From positions 11,966,001 to 12,030,000 of the forward strand of contig JAWMAR010000008.1 of the NCBI GenBank assembly GCA_036785375.1: a stretch of DNA of 64,000 bases, given 5' to 3'. Source of the DNA: Leucoraja ocellata. Its lineage: Eukaryota. The position numbers were made by a program, and so were the translations under genes. Shown here piece after piece: positions 1-13,714 of the stretch. The notes below the pieces were generated by a model. The model saw nothing but the letters and a program-made list of their open reading frames with translations, searched no databases and was not told the origin of the DNA. Position 1 is the stretch's first letter. Every line of letters starts with the position of its first letter.

Positions 1-800
1 GATACGGTGAAAAACTGTTTTGTGTGCTATCCAATTAAATCATACTGTACCCAAGTACAATAAAATTATACACGTACAATAGGTAGTGCAAAGAGAAGAA
101 ATAAACCGAGTACAAAATACAATGTTATAGCTACTGAGAAGTGCAGACAAAGAAATAAAAAGTGCAAGGGTCACATAGTGGTAGGGTGGGAGATCAGGGC
201 TACACCTTATATTGTGAGAAGTCATTTCAGTAGTCTGATGATCCTGGGGAAGAAGCAGTTCCTGAATCTGGTGGTAGCACAGGAATACTGATCTCATCCA
301 TGTTCTTCTTGGTGTGGCTGATCCACAGAGCTGCCGTGAAGGCCATCTATGAGGGCTGGTGTAGGGCAGTCAGGACAAAAGATGTAGCTTCTCAGCCCTG
401 AGATCCATGGCTCAAGACCGCACAAAACCAATGTAATGACTGTGAGCCTGGAAAGGGCAGCAATGCTGCAACTTTTCATGGGTTGCTGAATCCTATGGTC
501 TCCCATCTGTTGGAAGTGATTGATGCTGCTGCTTCCCATCTCATTGCATTGCTGCCCCCAGGTGAAGATTTTTCTGTTGAAACACTCGACTGCCAATGCT
601 ACAATTACCCCCCCCCCCCCATTAGCGCTGATTCCAGTCTTTTGTGCCTGGGAAAACATCCTGAGCACCAGTAGGAATAACATGCAAGATGTTTAAAGCG
701 CAGCTGACACAGGAGCACACAAAGATCTGTTGCTCTTTCCAAGGAAGACGTGCTGATTCATTTTGAGGCTCAGACTGTATCTCACTGTTTCCTTCCTCAG

Positions 801-926
801 TGGCGATACTGTATCCGACTAGAGAACCTTGGGACTGAAGTGGTACAGCTTCGGGAGAGGCACTGGCGGATCTTTAGCCTGTCTGGGACGCTGGAGACAG
901 TGCGAGGAAGAGGCGTTGTGGGCAGG
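801..926 (+). CDS. POLDIP2: POLDIP2/PDIP38 internal coding exon (ApaG/DUF525 domain), phase 0/0
   Basis: ccttcctcag|TGG...GGCAGG|gtgagt. Translates WRYCIRLENLGTEVVQLRERHWRIFSLSGTLETVRGRGVVGR, recognisably vertebrate POLDIP2 including the ApaG GxGVVG motif. Confidence 0.96.
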
Positions 927-2744
927 GTGAGTACCATGTGATGCTGATTGATGCCATCTCACTCCCCACCACCCCAGTAATCCCAAGAATTTACTCTTTA
1001 AAAATAAAGTGCAAGAATAACTCGGTGTTTCAGGCAGCATCTCCGGAGAATGTGAATTGGTAATATTTCATGTTGTGAGCCTTCTTCAGACTGATGTTCT
1101 TTAAAATCATGCTTGATTTACTCTTTAAGCAACCTTTACAATATTTGATTATATTAAGCTCCCTATTCCATTTAACGCTCTGGTGTGCCCAAGGATTTTG
1201 TTAAGACTGGTAAAATAGAAGGGCTCGGTTTGAGCAATTAGCAGTTTGAAATGTGTATCTGATGTTGCTGTATCCCGAGGAATGTAAATATAAGTAAACA
1301 AAGTGTCTAGGGCACTTATTAATGGGATTAATGTGTTAATGGGTGACACTTAGCAAGTCTATCACTGGACAATGGTTGCAGATTGCAGATATACTGTCTG
1401 CCTAGTGACAGTGGCATTGTTATCACATAGTGCTCAGTACACAGGTGTACAGTCAAGATTCGGCTATCAGAGCTCCTAAACTCAGTTCTTGATGATCCTC
1501 TTGACAGATGTGTATTGCAAGAACTATGTTTACAGGGAACAATTTATTATTTTAAATGAGCAAGTCAAACTAAGTTGTGAACTGATTTGCTAACAAAGAC
1601 ATGGACTTATTTTTACCTGCAGGGGAGATCATTGCAAAGTGTCTTAAGTAAAGCCTTGGGTAAAGTTACTATGTCTATATGGTGATGATGAGGATTTGAA
1701 ATCTGCTTTCAAATTAGTGTTTTTGTTAACACTTGGCCTCATAGTGCAGCTATTTATTTACCAGATTTTCATCAGCAAGGATAATGCAGACTAGTTTCAA
1801 GAAATTTGGCATGGTATAGTAAATGAAATCTTGCTAACCTCTAATGCTCCCGTGTATCTGCTCCCAGGCATGCTGTGCTTGGAGGCATCTGCTGGTGTGG
1901 CTTGTTCAGTTCAGAATACCTTCTCCTCCACCTTCAGGAGAAATACTGCAGCAGTTCAGGAAATCAACTCATCAAACTCCCACCACAACCTTTTACAGAG
2001 GCAATTGCAGATGAGCAGTACGCAAACTTTCTGCAAATGAGTAAATTAAAATATACAAATAGTTGATGTGATATAACGCAATTAATTTGTTCTTGAGAGA
2101 TTTAAGAGGCTTCCTAAAATTTTGATTAGTTTATTATAATCTGTTTAAAGGTATCTTTCTTAGGATCAACGATGACTTATTTTCACTGCTTTTGTGCATT
2201 CTGGGGTGGCAAACTCATTCAAGATGGGGCAGTATGACTGAAGGGGTGGGTGGTTTTTAGTTTGTAAGATGGTGTAATTATTCTACCGCTAATACAGGGC
2301 TCCTGTATGTGCTCCCAAAGCATGGGCTTGAGGACTGGAGAAACACTGCTGGTCAGATTCAGTGGAACTCTTGCCAGAGTATATTAGAGCTGTGCTGTAA
2401 GACGGAGAACACTCGGGAGTGAAGTTGAAAGGGAGATCTGATCAGTTTCCAATTCAAAAATGAATGGAAAAGTTAAATAAGGAAATGTTATTGATGTGCT
2501 GATGGCTATATTAGAAGGTAATCACAAAGGGAAGATGAGATGAAATACTTTCATTCACAAATGTTTGCTGACGCTTAATAACCCAAATCATTTCTCAAGG
2601 ACCTACTTTACAGCAGGCTGACGGAGGTAACAAATGGTGAACAGAGTTCATTATTGTAATCTCACTGTTACAGGAAATTGGGATTCATGTCCCCAATATG
2701 GACAAGGACACATTGCCTGTGATGAGATCTCTCTTGCTTTCTCC

Positions 2745-3210
2745 ATGTTAATTCTAATGCGGATGACAGTGTTGCTGTATGTTGAAATCCATGCAGCCCA
2801 AGTTGTCTACCTGAGCTAGTCCCATTTGCCCATGTTTGGCTCATATCCCTCTCAACCTTTACCATCCATGTACCTGTCCAAACTTTGTAATTGTACCCGC
2901 CTCTACCACTACCTCTGGTAGCTCATTCTCCATACCCTCCACCCTCTGTGTGGAAAAAGTTGTCACTCAGATCCCCTTTAAATCTTCCACCACTCACCTT
3001 AAAATGTCCTCTACCCTAGGAACAAGAATGCTGTTATTCACCTCATCTATGCTTCTTGTGATTTTATGTATCTCCATAAGGTCACCCCTTGGCTTCAATG
3101 CACATGGGGGGAAAAGCACTAGCCTATCCAGGCTCACCTTATAACTCATACCCTCCAGTCACAATCACGTGAATCCCTTTTACACCCTTTCCAGCTCAAT
3201 GACATTGTAC
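2745..3210 (-). mobile_element. CR1 LINE 3' fragment
   Basis: Reverse-strand CR1 3' ORF2/UTR signature (gctagtcccatttgccc...catatccctctcaacc...accctctgtgtggaaaa), seen in many other copies in the window. Confidence 0.75.
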
Positions 3211-3411
3211 CTAGGGTGACCTTGACTGCTCTGCTATTAGGCCTCAGGCACTGAGAACTGAATTTAAACTGAGAGCAAGTGCTAACAGAACGCTGAATAT
3301 TCATGTCCTTCATTAACTTCAGCTCATAAAACACATACTCCACTCTATTCCCTCTTCTTTGTATTTTCTGATTAAAAGGTAAATGTATTTTCTTTTCTGC
3401 TCTCTGTTTAG

Positions 3412-3491
3412 GAGCCGGTTCTATCGAAGGAGCAGCCTGCATTTCAGTACAGCAGCCACGTCTCACTGCAGGCACCCAGTGGTCACATGTG
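3412..3491 (+). CDS. POLDIP2: POLDIP2 penultimate coding exon (80 nt, ends in phase 2)
   Basis: ctctgtttag|GAG...CACATGTG|gtgagt. Encodes EPVLSKEQPAFQYSSHVSLQAPSGHM plus TG, continuing the previous exon in frame. Confidence 0.96.
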
Positions 3492-4986
3492 GTGAGTAAG
3501 CCCGTTGCTGCAGTTAGATCCAGCTTTGTGATTGCCTCACTGTTTGCTGCATTGCCTGGTTTCTATGAAATGAAACCATTTGGAATGGAGTTGGTCTATC
3601 TGCACAAATATAGACCCTCTGTGTGGCACAGCAGGTAATCTGTGTGTTACAGACATACAAATGCAAAGGTCCCTGCTTTATCTAGTACTTGTATTTGCCA
3701 GGATGATTGGAGCAAGGTTGATACAATTGTCGGATTATCTAGCAGCATAATCAGCCAAGGTTCTTGTACTAATCACTGAAGGGGTGTTGCCATGTGTGTG
3801 TGTGTTTTTGTGTAAGTGTAAATTTGTGTGTAAATTTGTGCATATCCAGGGAGCGCCATCAGAGGGTTATGGCCTGTCCCATGATTGATTTCTTGTTTTT
3901 GTGTGCACTTTCGGCCCAAGAGAAACACATAAGGGATACTATTTCTCTGGGTGTTTGTAACAGCAGTGGAATGCTTTGACTTGACGTTAGAGATATCCAT
4001 TTTTAGCTTCCTGCTGCCTGTTAGCATCCTGAAGCCTGAAACAAATGTTTATCGCTTCCTGACCAGGTGTCATGCTGTTGTTTCTTCGCCACTACTTACT
4101 GCTCAAACCAACCAACATCTAACATTGTAATAATTGACAATCTTGTCAGACATTTTTACTTCCCCTACCCACCCCATACCAGCATGGAAAGCCATGTGCT
4201 TTTGTTTAAAGCTGCTGAAGCTTGTTTACTGTGAACCAAAGTTTGAGGTTCAAATCTCTGCTTTAACAATACAGCTTCGATCTATGGATAGAAAAATAGA
4301 GGTAATGTTTCAGGTTGAAGGTCCTCGGCATTTTCTGTTTTGTTATTTTTCTTTTTTTTTTTTAATAGATTTTCAAACTTCCTCCCACTATCTGTCACCA
4401 GGGTTTACAGTTAGTCACTACTGAAGTAGAGGTCCAGCCAGGAAGGCATGGGGGCCCCAGTGTCAAAACGGAACTATCCCAGAGACATATTCAGTGGGCA
4501 AAATTAGTATGCATTTGTTGTAGTTGTTAATTATATGGTCACTTTTTTGTGACCAAGTGGATAGATAGATAATAAGCAAGAGGGTGAGAGGTTGCCAAGT
4601 GTAGACAGGAATGTGGTACTGAGGTTACTATCACAGCATTGTCTTGTTGAATGATGGAGCTGGCCTGAGGGGGATAGCGTCTTACTTGTGCTCTTTATTC
4701 ATGTGTTCATATGTGCTGATTATAAATTTGTTGCTTGAAGGCCAAAACTAACTGAAGTATAAGGACATTCATGCACTGCTCACAAAGGAGGCCGGTGTTT
4801 TATTTAGCGGTCTAATTCACTGATCACAGATTCAACTATGCTTGCAGGCTGGACGAGGTCATTAGTTTTGAGGTGTTTACGTGACTGCTGACTCGTTGCT
4901 TTTTGACTAAAGTTACTGACGGACTTTTGTCTGCTACCTGACTTGCTTCACTGCTGCTTTTCCGTTCTGGCTTCTGTCTCTTGCAG

Positions 4987-5003
4987 TGATTGTCCAGGCT
5001 GAT
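4987..5003 (+). CDS. POLDIP2: Candidate POLDIP2 micro-exon giving a truncated ...SGHMCDCPG* end (alternative donor could extend it to 5036)
   Basis: Long pyrimidine tract, then ttgcag|TGATTGTCCAGGCTGAT|gtatgt. In phase with the upstream TG: TGT GAT TGT CCA GGC TGA. Splice signals only, no homology support. Confidence 0.4.
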
Positions 5004-5104
5004 GTATGTTTTTTAATCCTTATTCTTCTGCAGGATGTGAGTGTAGCTTGCATAGCTGGCACTTTTTGCCCTTCCGCTGTGGCCATTTCAGAAAGCAGTT
5101 TGGA

Positions 5105-5385
5105 GCATCCATGTCACAGCACCAGAGACGTGGTTCGATCCTGACCTCGGGTGCTGCCTGGAGTTTACATGTTTTCCCTGAGATCATTGGGGTTTCCTCC
5201 CACATCCCAAAGACTTGGAGAGTTGAAGGTTAATTGGCCTCTAAATTGACCCTGGTGTGTAGGGAATGGTGTGAAAGTGGAATAACGCGAATCAAGTGTG
5301 ATTGAGGAATCAATGATCAGCTTGGACTCAGTGAGTGAGGAGCCTGTTGCCATTCTGAATGAATGTTTATATCAATCAAATAAAA
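5105..5385 (+). mobile_element. Decayed V-SINE copy (further fragments near 45430-45525 -, 56640-56770 -, 63520-63640 +)
   Basis: ggttcgatcc B box and ggtttcctcccacatcccaaagac...ggttaattggcc, similar to the copy at 9102. Confidence 0.75.
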
Positions 5386-5389
5386 TTCC

Positions 5390-6900
5390 ATATACCATTG
5401 TTTTGCACAGTTTAACAGTTGATCAGTATTATCGTGTATTGTATGACCATCCTCTCATTATAAAAATCTTTGCTAATTTTCCTGTCATCTGCAACTTGCT
5501 AACTCCAGCATTTGCGTTCAAATTATTAAATGTATACAACATACAGGAAGGTTCCCAGTGCTGATCCTTTTGGTATCCCACGGGTCTCAAGCTTCCAAAT
5601 ACAGACACAGACCGTCTCTACCACCCTCTGCCTCATATTATAAAGCCAATGTTTTGATCAATTTTATCTTGGATCCCACGGGCTTTAACCATTAGGGACA
5701 GTTTCCCATGTTTGATCTTGTAAAAGGTCTTGCTGAAGTTTCATTTGTTATTGCCCACCAATATATTTTGTTATTTCTGAAAATTGCTGTCAAATTGTTC
5801 AGATGGGATTTTCCCTTTGCTCAAGCCATACTTACTACCTATCATTGATCCCTGCCTATTTAACTGCAGATTAATCATGTTCATTTGAATTATTTCCAAT
5901 AACCTGCCATTGGACTTGCAGATCTATATTTACCAGATATATCCCTGTTGCTCTTCTTGTGTATAGGTACCAAGTTTCCTGACCTCCAGGCATCTTGTTA
6001 CCTCCCCTGTGGTCAATGAAGAATGTAAATATCTGTTTGGGCCCTTCCTCCCTACCTCCCATAGCAACCTGGGGCACATCTTGTCTTCTTTAATGATAAC
6101 ATTTTCCAGAATGTTACCATCCCTCTTGCTGACTCCCACAGCTACAATTGGTAATATACATGGGAAGCATTAATTTAACTCCTTGCTTCCATTCTCTGGC
6201 TCAACACATACAGATTGCTGTTTTGATATCTAAATTTATGATTATTCGTTCCCCCCAAATATTACTTAAAATCAGCTTTGGGATCTTCTGTTATCATGTC
6301 CATCAGTGATAATTCACACCCTCTCTTTTCTTTCTGAATTTCTCTTTTAAATACCTCCCTACAATTCTGTACTCCTGAATGTCGGCCCCTATTTTCAGTT
6401 CTCTGTGCCTGCCTTATGGTTTTTTTTTTGTCCAGCCATCCAGAGTTCCATGACTTCCCTGATAGCAACATGCTGGCCCTGAACTCTCCTACAATTTCCC
6501 TTTTGAATAACTACTTGTCAGATATAAAACTGCCTTTATGTAACAGTTCCCAAGCTACTTTTGTCAGGTGGTGTGCTATTGAAATTGAACTCTTCCATTT
6601 CAGGACCCCTTTTTCCCCCAAACCATCCTCTTCCAACGCCCTTTCCATGACTACCTTGAAACTTAAAGACACATTGACTCAACCTCCAAAATGCTCTCTT
6701 ACTGACACTTTGACCATCTGCCATCGACAGACACTGATATTAGGTCAGGTTTTGCCCTTTTCCCATCTAAGTACTGCCTCAAACAGCTTGCATATGCACT
6801 TAAAAATTCCACCCCTGCTACTTCTTTCACACTAAAGCTATTCCATTTAATTTGGGGCATATTGAAATCCCCTATTATTATGGCACTGTTACTCTTGCAG
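5390..6900 (-). mobile_element. Highly decayed CR1-like LINE body
   Basis: Patchy similarity to CR1 RT/EN segments (tcatctgcaacttg...cccagtgctgatcc, aaaggtcttgctgaag). No intact ORF, boundaries approximate. Confidence 0.55.
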
Positions 6901-9101
6901 TTCTCTTTTATTTGTCAACCTTTCTACTCCTCCATCTTCTGGGTCTGTTACAAGGCCTGTTGTCTACTCCCAGCGGATTATTCATTCCCATTTTTATTCA
7001 ACCCCGGAGGGAAATTGGTCTGCCAATGATCACAACACACAAGGTCCATCTACCTGGCCTTGAGATATCCTACCTCTTTTTTTTTCTCAATAATGGATTC
7101 CCTAATCAACATTGCACTACTACCTCCTTTGCATGCTGCCCTTTCATGCGTGAGGATTTTACAGCTTGGAATGTTGAGCTACCAGTCCTGCCTGTATTTC
7201 AACCATGCATGCCTCTGTAATAGCAACTATCATACTTCCAGTTGTTGGGCAATGCTCCTTAAGTTTAACTTCTTTACCAGTCAGACTCCATGCTTTAACA
7301 TAGATGCAATTTAAACTCTCATATGCCTGATCTATCCATGTCTGATCTGCATTCTTGACTTTCGTACCTTTGACTGCATCCCACCGCACCACTCACCTCT
7401 TCCTCCCAACCTGTACATATATTCTGTTTCCCCATCCCTGAATACCTTAAGGTCCTGCTCTTTTATCTGTGATCTAGCTTTTTAAATTTATGTTGCAAGA
7501 ATGATCACATTTTTCTAAAGTTGTTGGTACAAAAGTTGCCTACAACTTCTGTTTGTTCACCCTCTCCCCTTAGATTTCCACACAACAGTCTTTTGACATC
7601 TTTGACCCTGGGGCACTAGAATGACAACATACAATCCGAGATTCATGTTTATGGCTTTAGAGATACCTGAACTTCCATTATTATCAAGTATCCTACCACC
7701 ATTGCCCTTGCAGCTTGCTCCTTCCTCGGCAGTTTAGTTGCCCATGTGCCAGGTTGGACTTTTCGGAGACCATCCCCCTCCCCCCCCCCCCCCTCCCCCA
7801 CTCCATCCACCACTATCATCATCATTGTCCAACACAGAAATGTTTTGGAGTTATATTCACTCTGATGTTTGCCTGACTACAGGCCTGCTTCTCTCCCTTT
7901 GCCTGGTGCTCACCCATTCATTTTTTGGCTGTCTTTCCTTAAGTTGCCGAGTGGCTACCTCCTAATACCTATCAGCCGTATAGATGCACTGTAGTTTTTG
8001 CAATGGTCATTCATTTCGTAAAACCCTGTGCTTAAACTGGCCCAACAGGAGGTACTTCCCACAGATGTGGTCATCCAGCCCACAAGGAGTGCCATGGAAT
8101 TCCCATGTGTTTCAAGTCATGCAACACACGGTGCTGCCATAGTTTTTAGTGTAGAAAGGACCCCTTAAAATGTAGCCTAATATGTACCTAGTTTCATATA
8201 AACTACAAAATACTCACCAACTACCTACCAGACTGGCACCAATGTCCAGCTAAGGGCCAATGACTAGAAAATTACACAGGTCCTGACACCAAAGCCCTCT
8301 TAATCTTTTCCCTCAATACCCTCAATATACACAACCACTGATCCGCTTCATTTCCTTGAGTCCAAGAGCCCTGGTCCTGAATATATGTTGTTTGTTTGAC
8401 GTCGTCGAGAGATCCCAGGAACCTTTGTTACAGTCTCTCGCAAATATCTTTCCTTGGTTAGGGAGACCAAACATTATTCCAGGTGCACTCTCATCAGGGC
8501 TTTATATACTTGAAGCAAAGCATATTCATATCTTCCAGCAATTAAGGCCAACATTTATTTTGCCTTTGTAATTGCTTGATGAACCTACTTGTTGACTGAC
8601 TAATATTCAGTGACATCTGGCTCCTCACAACACCCATGCATTTCATTTCCTCTCCGTTTGGAATATCCTCCATTTCAATTTTTTTAACTAAAGCAAATTA
8701 CTTCCCATTTTCCACATTACCTTGGGACAAGTGGGATGCAACAAAGGTTCACATGGAGTACTCGGTTTGAGAGGACATTCCTTTGAGAGATTAAGCACAC
8801 CACACCAGGCAATCTGATAATTTCTCTATTTATCCTTCAGCTTAATTTTTTTTAAATCGTGACATTTCACCAGGGAATTATAATATTGGTCATTGGGACA
8901 GATATGAGCCAGTGAACAAAGCTTCACACAAAAAGAGTTGTATGAAGCATCTTAAAGGATATATAAAGATTTGATGGGTGGCCCTTCACTTAGACATTGA
9001 CAGCCACTAACAGTGGAGTGGTGTAAGATGAGGATGCTCAGGAGGCTTTGGATGACTGGAAATAAAGATAGCTTGGAAGGTTGAGCTGAGAAGCTCCATG
9101 A

Positions 9102-9432
9102 AGGGCAGCACGCTGGCACAGCGGTAGAGTTGCTGCCTTACAGCGCTTGCAACGCCGTAGACCTGGGGTTCGATCCCGCTTACAGGTGCTGTCTGTAGGG
9201 AGTTTGTACGTTCTCCCCGTGACCTGCGTAAGTTTTCTCCGAGATCTTCGGTTTCCTCTCACACTCCAGAAGTACAGGTATGTAGGTTAATTGGCTTGGG
9301 AAATGTAAAAATTATCCCTTGTGTGTGTTGGATAGTGTTAATAATAGTGTTAATATGCGGAGATCACTGGTCGGCGCAGACCCGGTGGGCCGAAGGGCCT
9401 GTTTCCGCACTGTATCTCTAAACTAAACTAAA
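9102..9432 (+). mobile_element. Full-length tRNA-derived V-SINE (HE1-like) with CR1-type 3' tail
   Basis: A box tggcacagcggtaga (9114) and B box ggttcgatcc (9167). V-domain-like gagtttgtacgttctccccgtg...ggtttcct. 3' gggccgaagggcctgtttcc followed by (ctaaa)n. Confidence 0.85.
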
Positions 9433-12061
9433 AAGGTACACTGGTGTTGTCATAAGCTAATATGCAGGACTTTTTAAAAATAGAAACAAATTGGTTTAGA
9501 AGTTGGAAGATTGCCTGGTATGTCATTAGCTGGTGCTATTTCTCTGCCCTACTTTTTGGCAGCCTTGGGTTTGAGCCCGAGGGAGACTTTCCTCAATAGG
9601 AATAGACCAAAAGCATAATGGAGACCCGTCCATAGTTGGTGTCTCGGAAGTAAACTACAAAGCTCAGCTTGCTGCTGGTGTTGGCCTTACAAGTTCATGG
9701 TAAATCTAAATTGTTCCTGCTTAATGGCTCTAATGGGCTTCCCATGGAGCTGATGCCAGTTTTATGCTAGGTCACAGGCTAGCATGCCATCTGTTATATT
9801 GCTAAATCCAACCCTTCCTTCCCCTAGTAGAGTCTTCTGTTGAGGGTGGTGGCCACTGGTTTCAATGATGCGAATGCATTGGAAGCAGATGCACAGATAG
9901 TGAATGAATCTACCATGCCCACAGGCTGCTGGACATATCCTGTCCAGGTGATAAGGAGCTTATGTTTGCAGTGATTATGCTTCCTCTGCAGTACATGACT
10001 GGCTCCTAGTCATTTTAGGTATCTTTCTCAGCTCATGAGATGTATTTTTTCTCAATTGTTCAACTGATTTTGTGCATTTCTTAAAATCCTGCTCTCTAAA
10101 TTTCATTTGAGATTTTCATGCTCAGTCTTTGAATACAAGATGTATGAGATATTAGTTATGTTCTGGCATTTCCCCCCATGACCTTGTAATCTTCAATATG
10201 CGAATTGGGCTTCCCATATAATCCAGCCTAACTTTCACAACCCAATTATTCCTAACCACTTCAGTGCTCTCTGGTGGATTTATTCCCAGCTGTCCATGGG
10301 ATTCAGCCAACTCTTGCTCAAAATTAATCTGGTGAATGTGCACGAGGATTAAGAGCAGGGAGAGGATTTACTGAATGGCTGGAATGTAGTTATGCTATAC
10401 CATTGTTTAACAAGAGACGGGGCATCTGTGTAACTGGGTCTGTTGGGCTGCCAATGGCGGTGGGTAAAAGATGGATAAAATTCCAAGGGATGGCATAAAT
10501 TGAATATCGATACGGTTGCATTTGTGTGGATCGTAGCGTGATGTTTGGTAGAGTTGACACAGAGTTGACAGAGATCATCAAAGAGAAGGTCGATGGGATC
10601 TGGTTGAAAAATTGTCTTGGTTGAAAAATGAATTTGGTGGCCAAAAACAAAGATAATAGATGATAAAAGGTTTTAGTGATCAGAGGGCTGTATGTAATGG
10701 GCTTCCATAGAGTTCACTCATTTGTATTTTTGTAGTGCATTGGACTTGGATACAGTGGTCTATAATCAAGATGTTCGCTTCAGGTACCATAATGAGTGGT
10801 GCTGAGGAGGAACGTTTTGGGCTGTAGAGGAGATCAGTGGGACTGGTGTGCAGATTAGCAGATGGGATTCAGTGCAAGATACTGCACGCTGGAGCAGCTC
10901 GATCTCACTGGCACTGTCATCAATTGGCCAACAGCGTCAGTGGGAAGGATGTGACGGCACCAGAGGGGTGCAGAGGATGGTACCAAGATGGAAATTATGA
11001 TTGATGAGAAACTGTTTGTTTTTCTTGGTAGTAAAGATAGCAGTTACCCATGTCCCTTTACAGGAGGTAAGTGACAACGTTCATGAGAGGAGTTGGAGGA
11101 GGGAGAATGGCATGCAGAGTCTGAAGAAGGGCTCCCGACCGGAAATGTTACCTATCCATTCCCTCCAGAGATGCTGCCTGACCTACTGAGTTACTTCAGC
11201 AATTTGTGTTTTGCAGGCAGAGATTTGTTTATTGATTGAAGTGTTGTGAGTTGCTGAAATGGTGAGGGGGACCACACTCCTTGATGATAGTCACAACCTG
11301 CTGGGTTACTGACCGAGAGTTAGGAAATGCATCACAAAATCCAGTGGGTACAATGGGCTGAATGACCTCTGCCAGAGCTGTACACTTCAGTAATTATGAT
11401 GTCCACTGGGGATTGCTTTAGAGACCTATGTATTGGGACTCAGCAATTTCTGCCCTTAGGATTTCTCTCCCCCCCCACCCCCATTACCCAACTCCTGGAG
11501 CCCATGTAGGGAGTTGTCTAGGTCTCTGATTGCCTGCTTATGCTTTACTAAGTCAAAAAAACATACTTCGTGTGTGCTAGGGTCACCCATTGAGTTTGAT
11601 TCTCCTTTCCAGGAGGCTTGCTGCAGTTGGAGGTCTGTGTTAGACTTTCCCTTCCAGCCCCACACTTTCCAGCGGGGCCGAGCTCAGGACAGACAGGGAA
11701 CCCTCTCTTGAGTCTCAAGTGCAATATGTGGGGACTGCAAACATTTAGTGGTTCTCTGGTATCTCCTTAGGATCAGTGTCCTAATCATGTTTGCTCAAAC
11801 TTCTGAGAGTTGTCTTGGGGTATTTTATTATATTACAAACAGTGCATTAGTTCTGAGAAAGACTGATTTGGATGGGAATGTGTTAATAAGAGCATGTCCA
11901 TGGGTACTGTACTCACAAAAGTCTATGAATAAACCTTCCCTTTAGATTATATCCCAGCTAATCCCCTCCCTTCCCACTTCCCTAGCCTTGCTTCCATAGA
12001 TAATATAAATCAGTTGTTGGGGGCCATTTCCGGAGACTGATCTTGTCTCTGCATTCCACAG

Positions 12062-12191
12062 GGGTTCCTATCGCTTTGAGAGCACCAACCGGAGTCTCCT
12101 CGATGTTCGTATTCCACCATTCTCCCTCGAAAGCAAGAACGGCGACTCTCCCAATGGGTTCTTGCCAGGCCCATTCTCCTCCTTAACCTAA
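12062..12191 (+). CDS. POLDIP2: POLDIP2 alternative terminal exon A (paralog of the last exon)
   Basis: tctctgcattccacag|G completes TGG, then GSYRFESTNRSLLDVRIPPFSLESKNGDSPNGFLPGPFSSLT*. Colinear with the canonical last exon. ATTAAA at 12661. Confidence 0.88.
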
Positions 12192-13203
12192 GTATGAGGT
12201 AGTTACTGCAGTCTCTCACTACAATGATAACAAGTGTAAAGGTAGCAATAGACTTTGGGGAAATAGGTTTGTGCTGCCCCCATTCTATGATCTGCCTTCC
12301 ATGGTAAAGAAGTTCAGTTAGGCTCCACAATAACCAGGAGGAGAGGTATCTGTTCCTGTTGGATAGAACTGACTATCACTGCAGAATGATGAGAATTTCA
12401 CCAATTCATACTATGATGCTGTAATGATAGGTACATTTATGGCATTGCTGCAGCAGTTTGTGGACATGTATTACATGATTGGACAAGGGCATACCATATA
12501 GTTTGTTAGTGCAAGAGTGTGATTTTTTTATGTTCTCCTTCTTTCCGTATTTTAAATAATCGCACCGATTACCATGCCTCATTTACTGCCTCCCACCAAT
12601 ATTGAATGTACTAAGCAGTATGTCAGCCTATTATCTAGGATTGTTGTAGGTGATCTCTGAATTAAAATGTTGTCACCTTATTACTTCGAAGGAATATTGT
12701 AAGCAGTGGTACTGTTTCTTTAATTATTCCCCAATGTAGATGTCACCAGCAAGCCCACCATTTAATGCTCATCCCTAGTCACCTTTAGGAAAGTGATGGT
12801 GAGCACCTTCTCGAACTGTTGCTGTTCTTCTGGTGAAAATTCTGCCAGTTCTGTTGGGTTGGCCTCTTATTAAGGGCTTCCAGTCAGAAAGACATCCATC
12901 CAGCACTGCCCTCTGCGTTATATCACTAAACCAATTATATATCAATTTCATCAACACACCTTGGATCTCTTGTCCTATAACCTTCTGAGAGCCTACTATG
13001 CAGGATTTTGTCAAAAGCCTTAAACATGTCTATTGCTCTCCCTTCCTTGATTTTTTTTTTTAGTTACCTCCTCAAAATCATGGATTTGTGAGACACAATA
13101 TCCTCTGCAGAAAGTCATTCTAATTCATAATCACTCCCAGCCTGTAATTTCCAGGCTTATTTCCACTGCCTCTCTTGAATAGAGACAACATGAGCTTCCC
13201 TGC

Positions 13204-13286
13204 GTTTAAGAGGGAACTGCAGATGCTGGAGAATCGAAGGTTACACATTTTTGGAGAATCGAAGGTTACAGCATTTTTGTGTAACC
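13204..13286. mobile_element. 83-bp internally deleted Penelope-derived insertion with perfect 13-bp TSD
   Basis: tgagcttccctgc at 13191-13203 and 13287-13299 flanks gtttaagagggaactgcagatgctggagaatcgaagg...gcatttttgtgtaacc. Confidence 0.75.
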
Positions 13287-13714
13287 TGAGCTTCCCTGCA
13301 CTGCTCTGGTACTTGATCCATGGCAAATGAAGTTTCAAAATTCTCCATCAGTTCCCAAGCAACCCCACTTTCCCCCGCATCCCCCCTTTTCTTCCCTTTG
13401 TATCCTGAGATAGATTTTATCATGTTCTAGGGAATTTTCCACTCTGATGCAGCTCCAATATTTCTTCTGTCTTTCTGATACAGACATGCTCCAGAATATT
13501 AGTATTTCCCTCCCATCTCCAAATGGTGAGAGATTTAGGATTTCCAATGCATGATTTACAAATGTATCGTAAAACCATTAATCCAGCATTCTCAGGACTT
13601 TGGTGTCAGACTGGCAATTTTTCTGGACTATTGGACATCATTTCTATTGGCAATTTTACTTCTTTGTTAAGGTGTTAGAGTAATATAAAGATTCTAGTGT
13701 ACCGGGTAGGTTTA

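Noticed and set aside
9102-9185. tRNA gene
   Set aside because: The A and B boxes belong to a SINE head. There is no complete cloverleaf, and a V-SINE body and LINE tail follow.
9563-9599. ggcag|C...LGFEPEGDFPQ* as a degenerate fourth copy of the terminal exon
   Set aside because: Similarity is limited to FE-PEG and lacks the IPPFSLES core, so it is likely chance.
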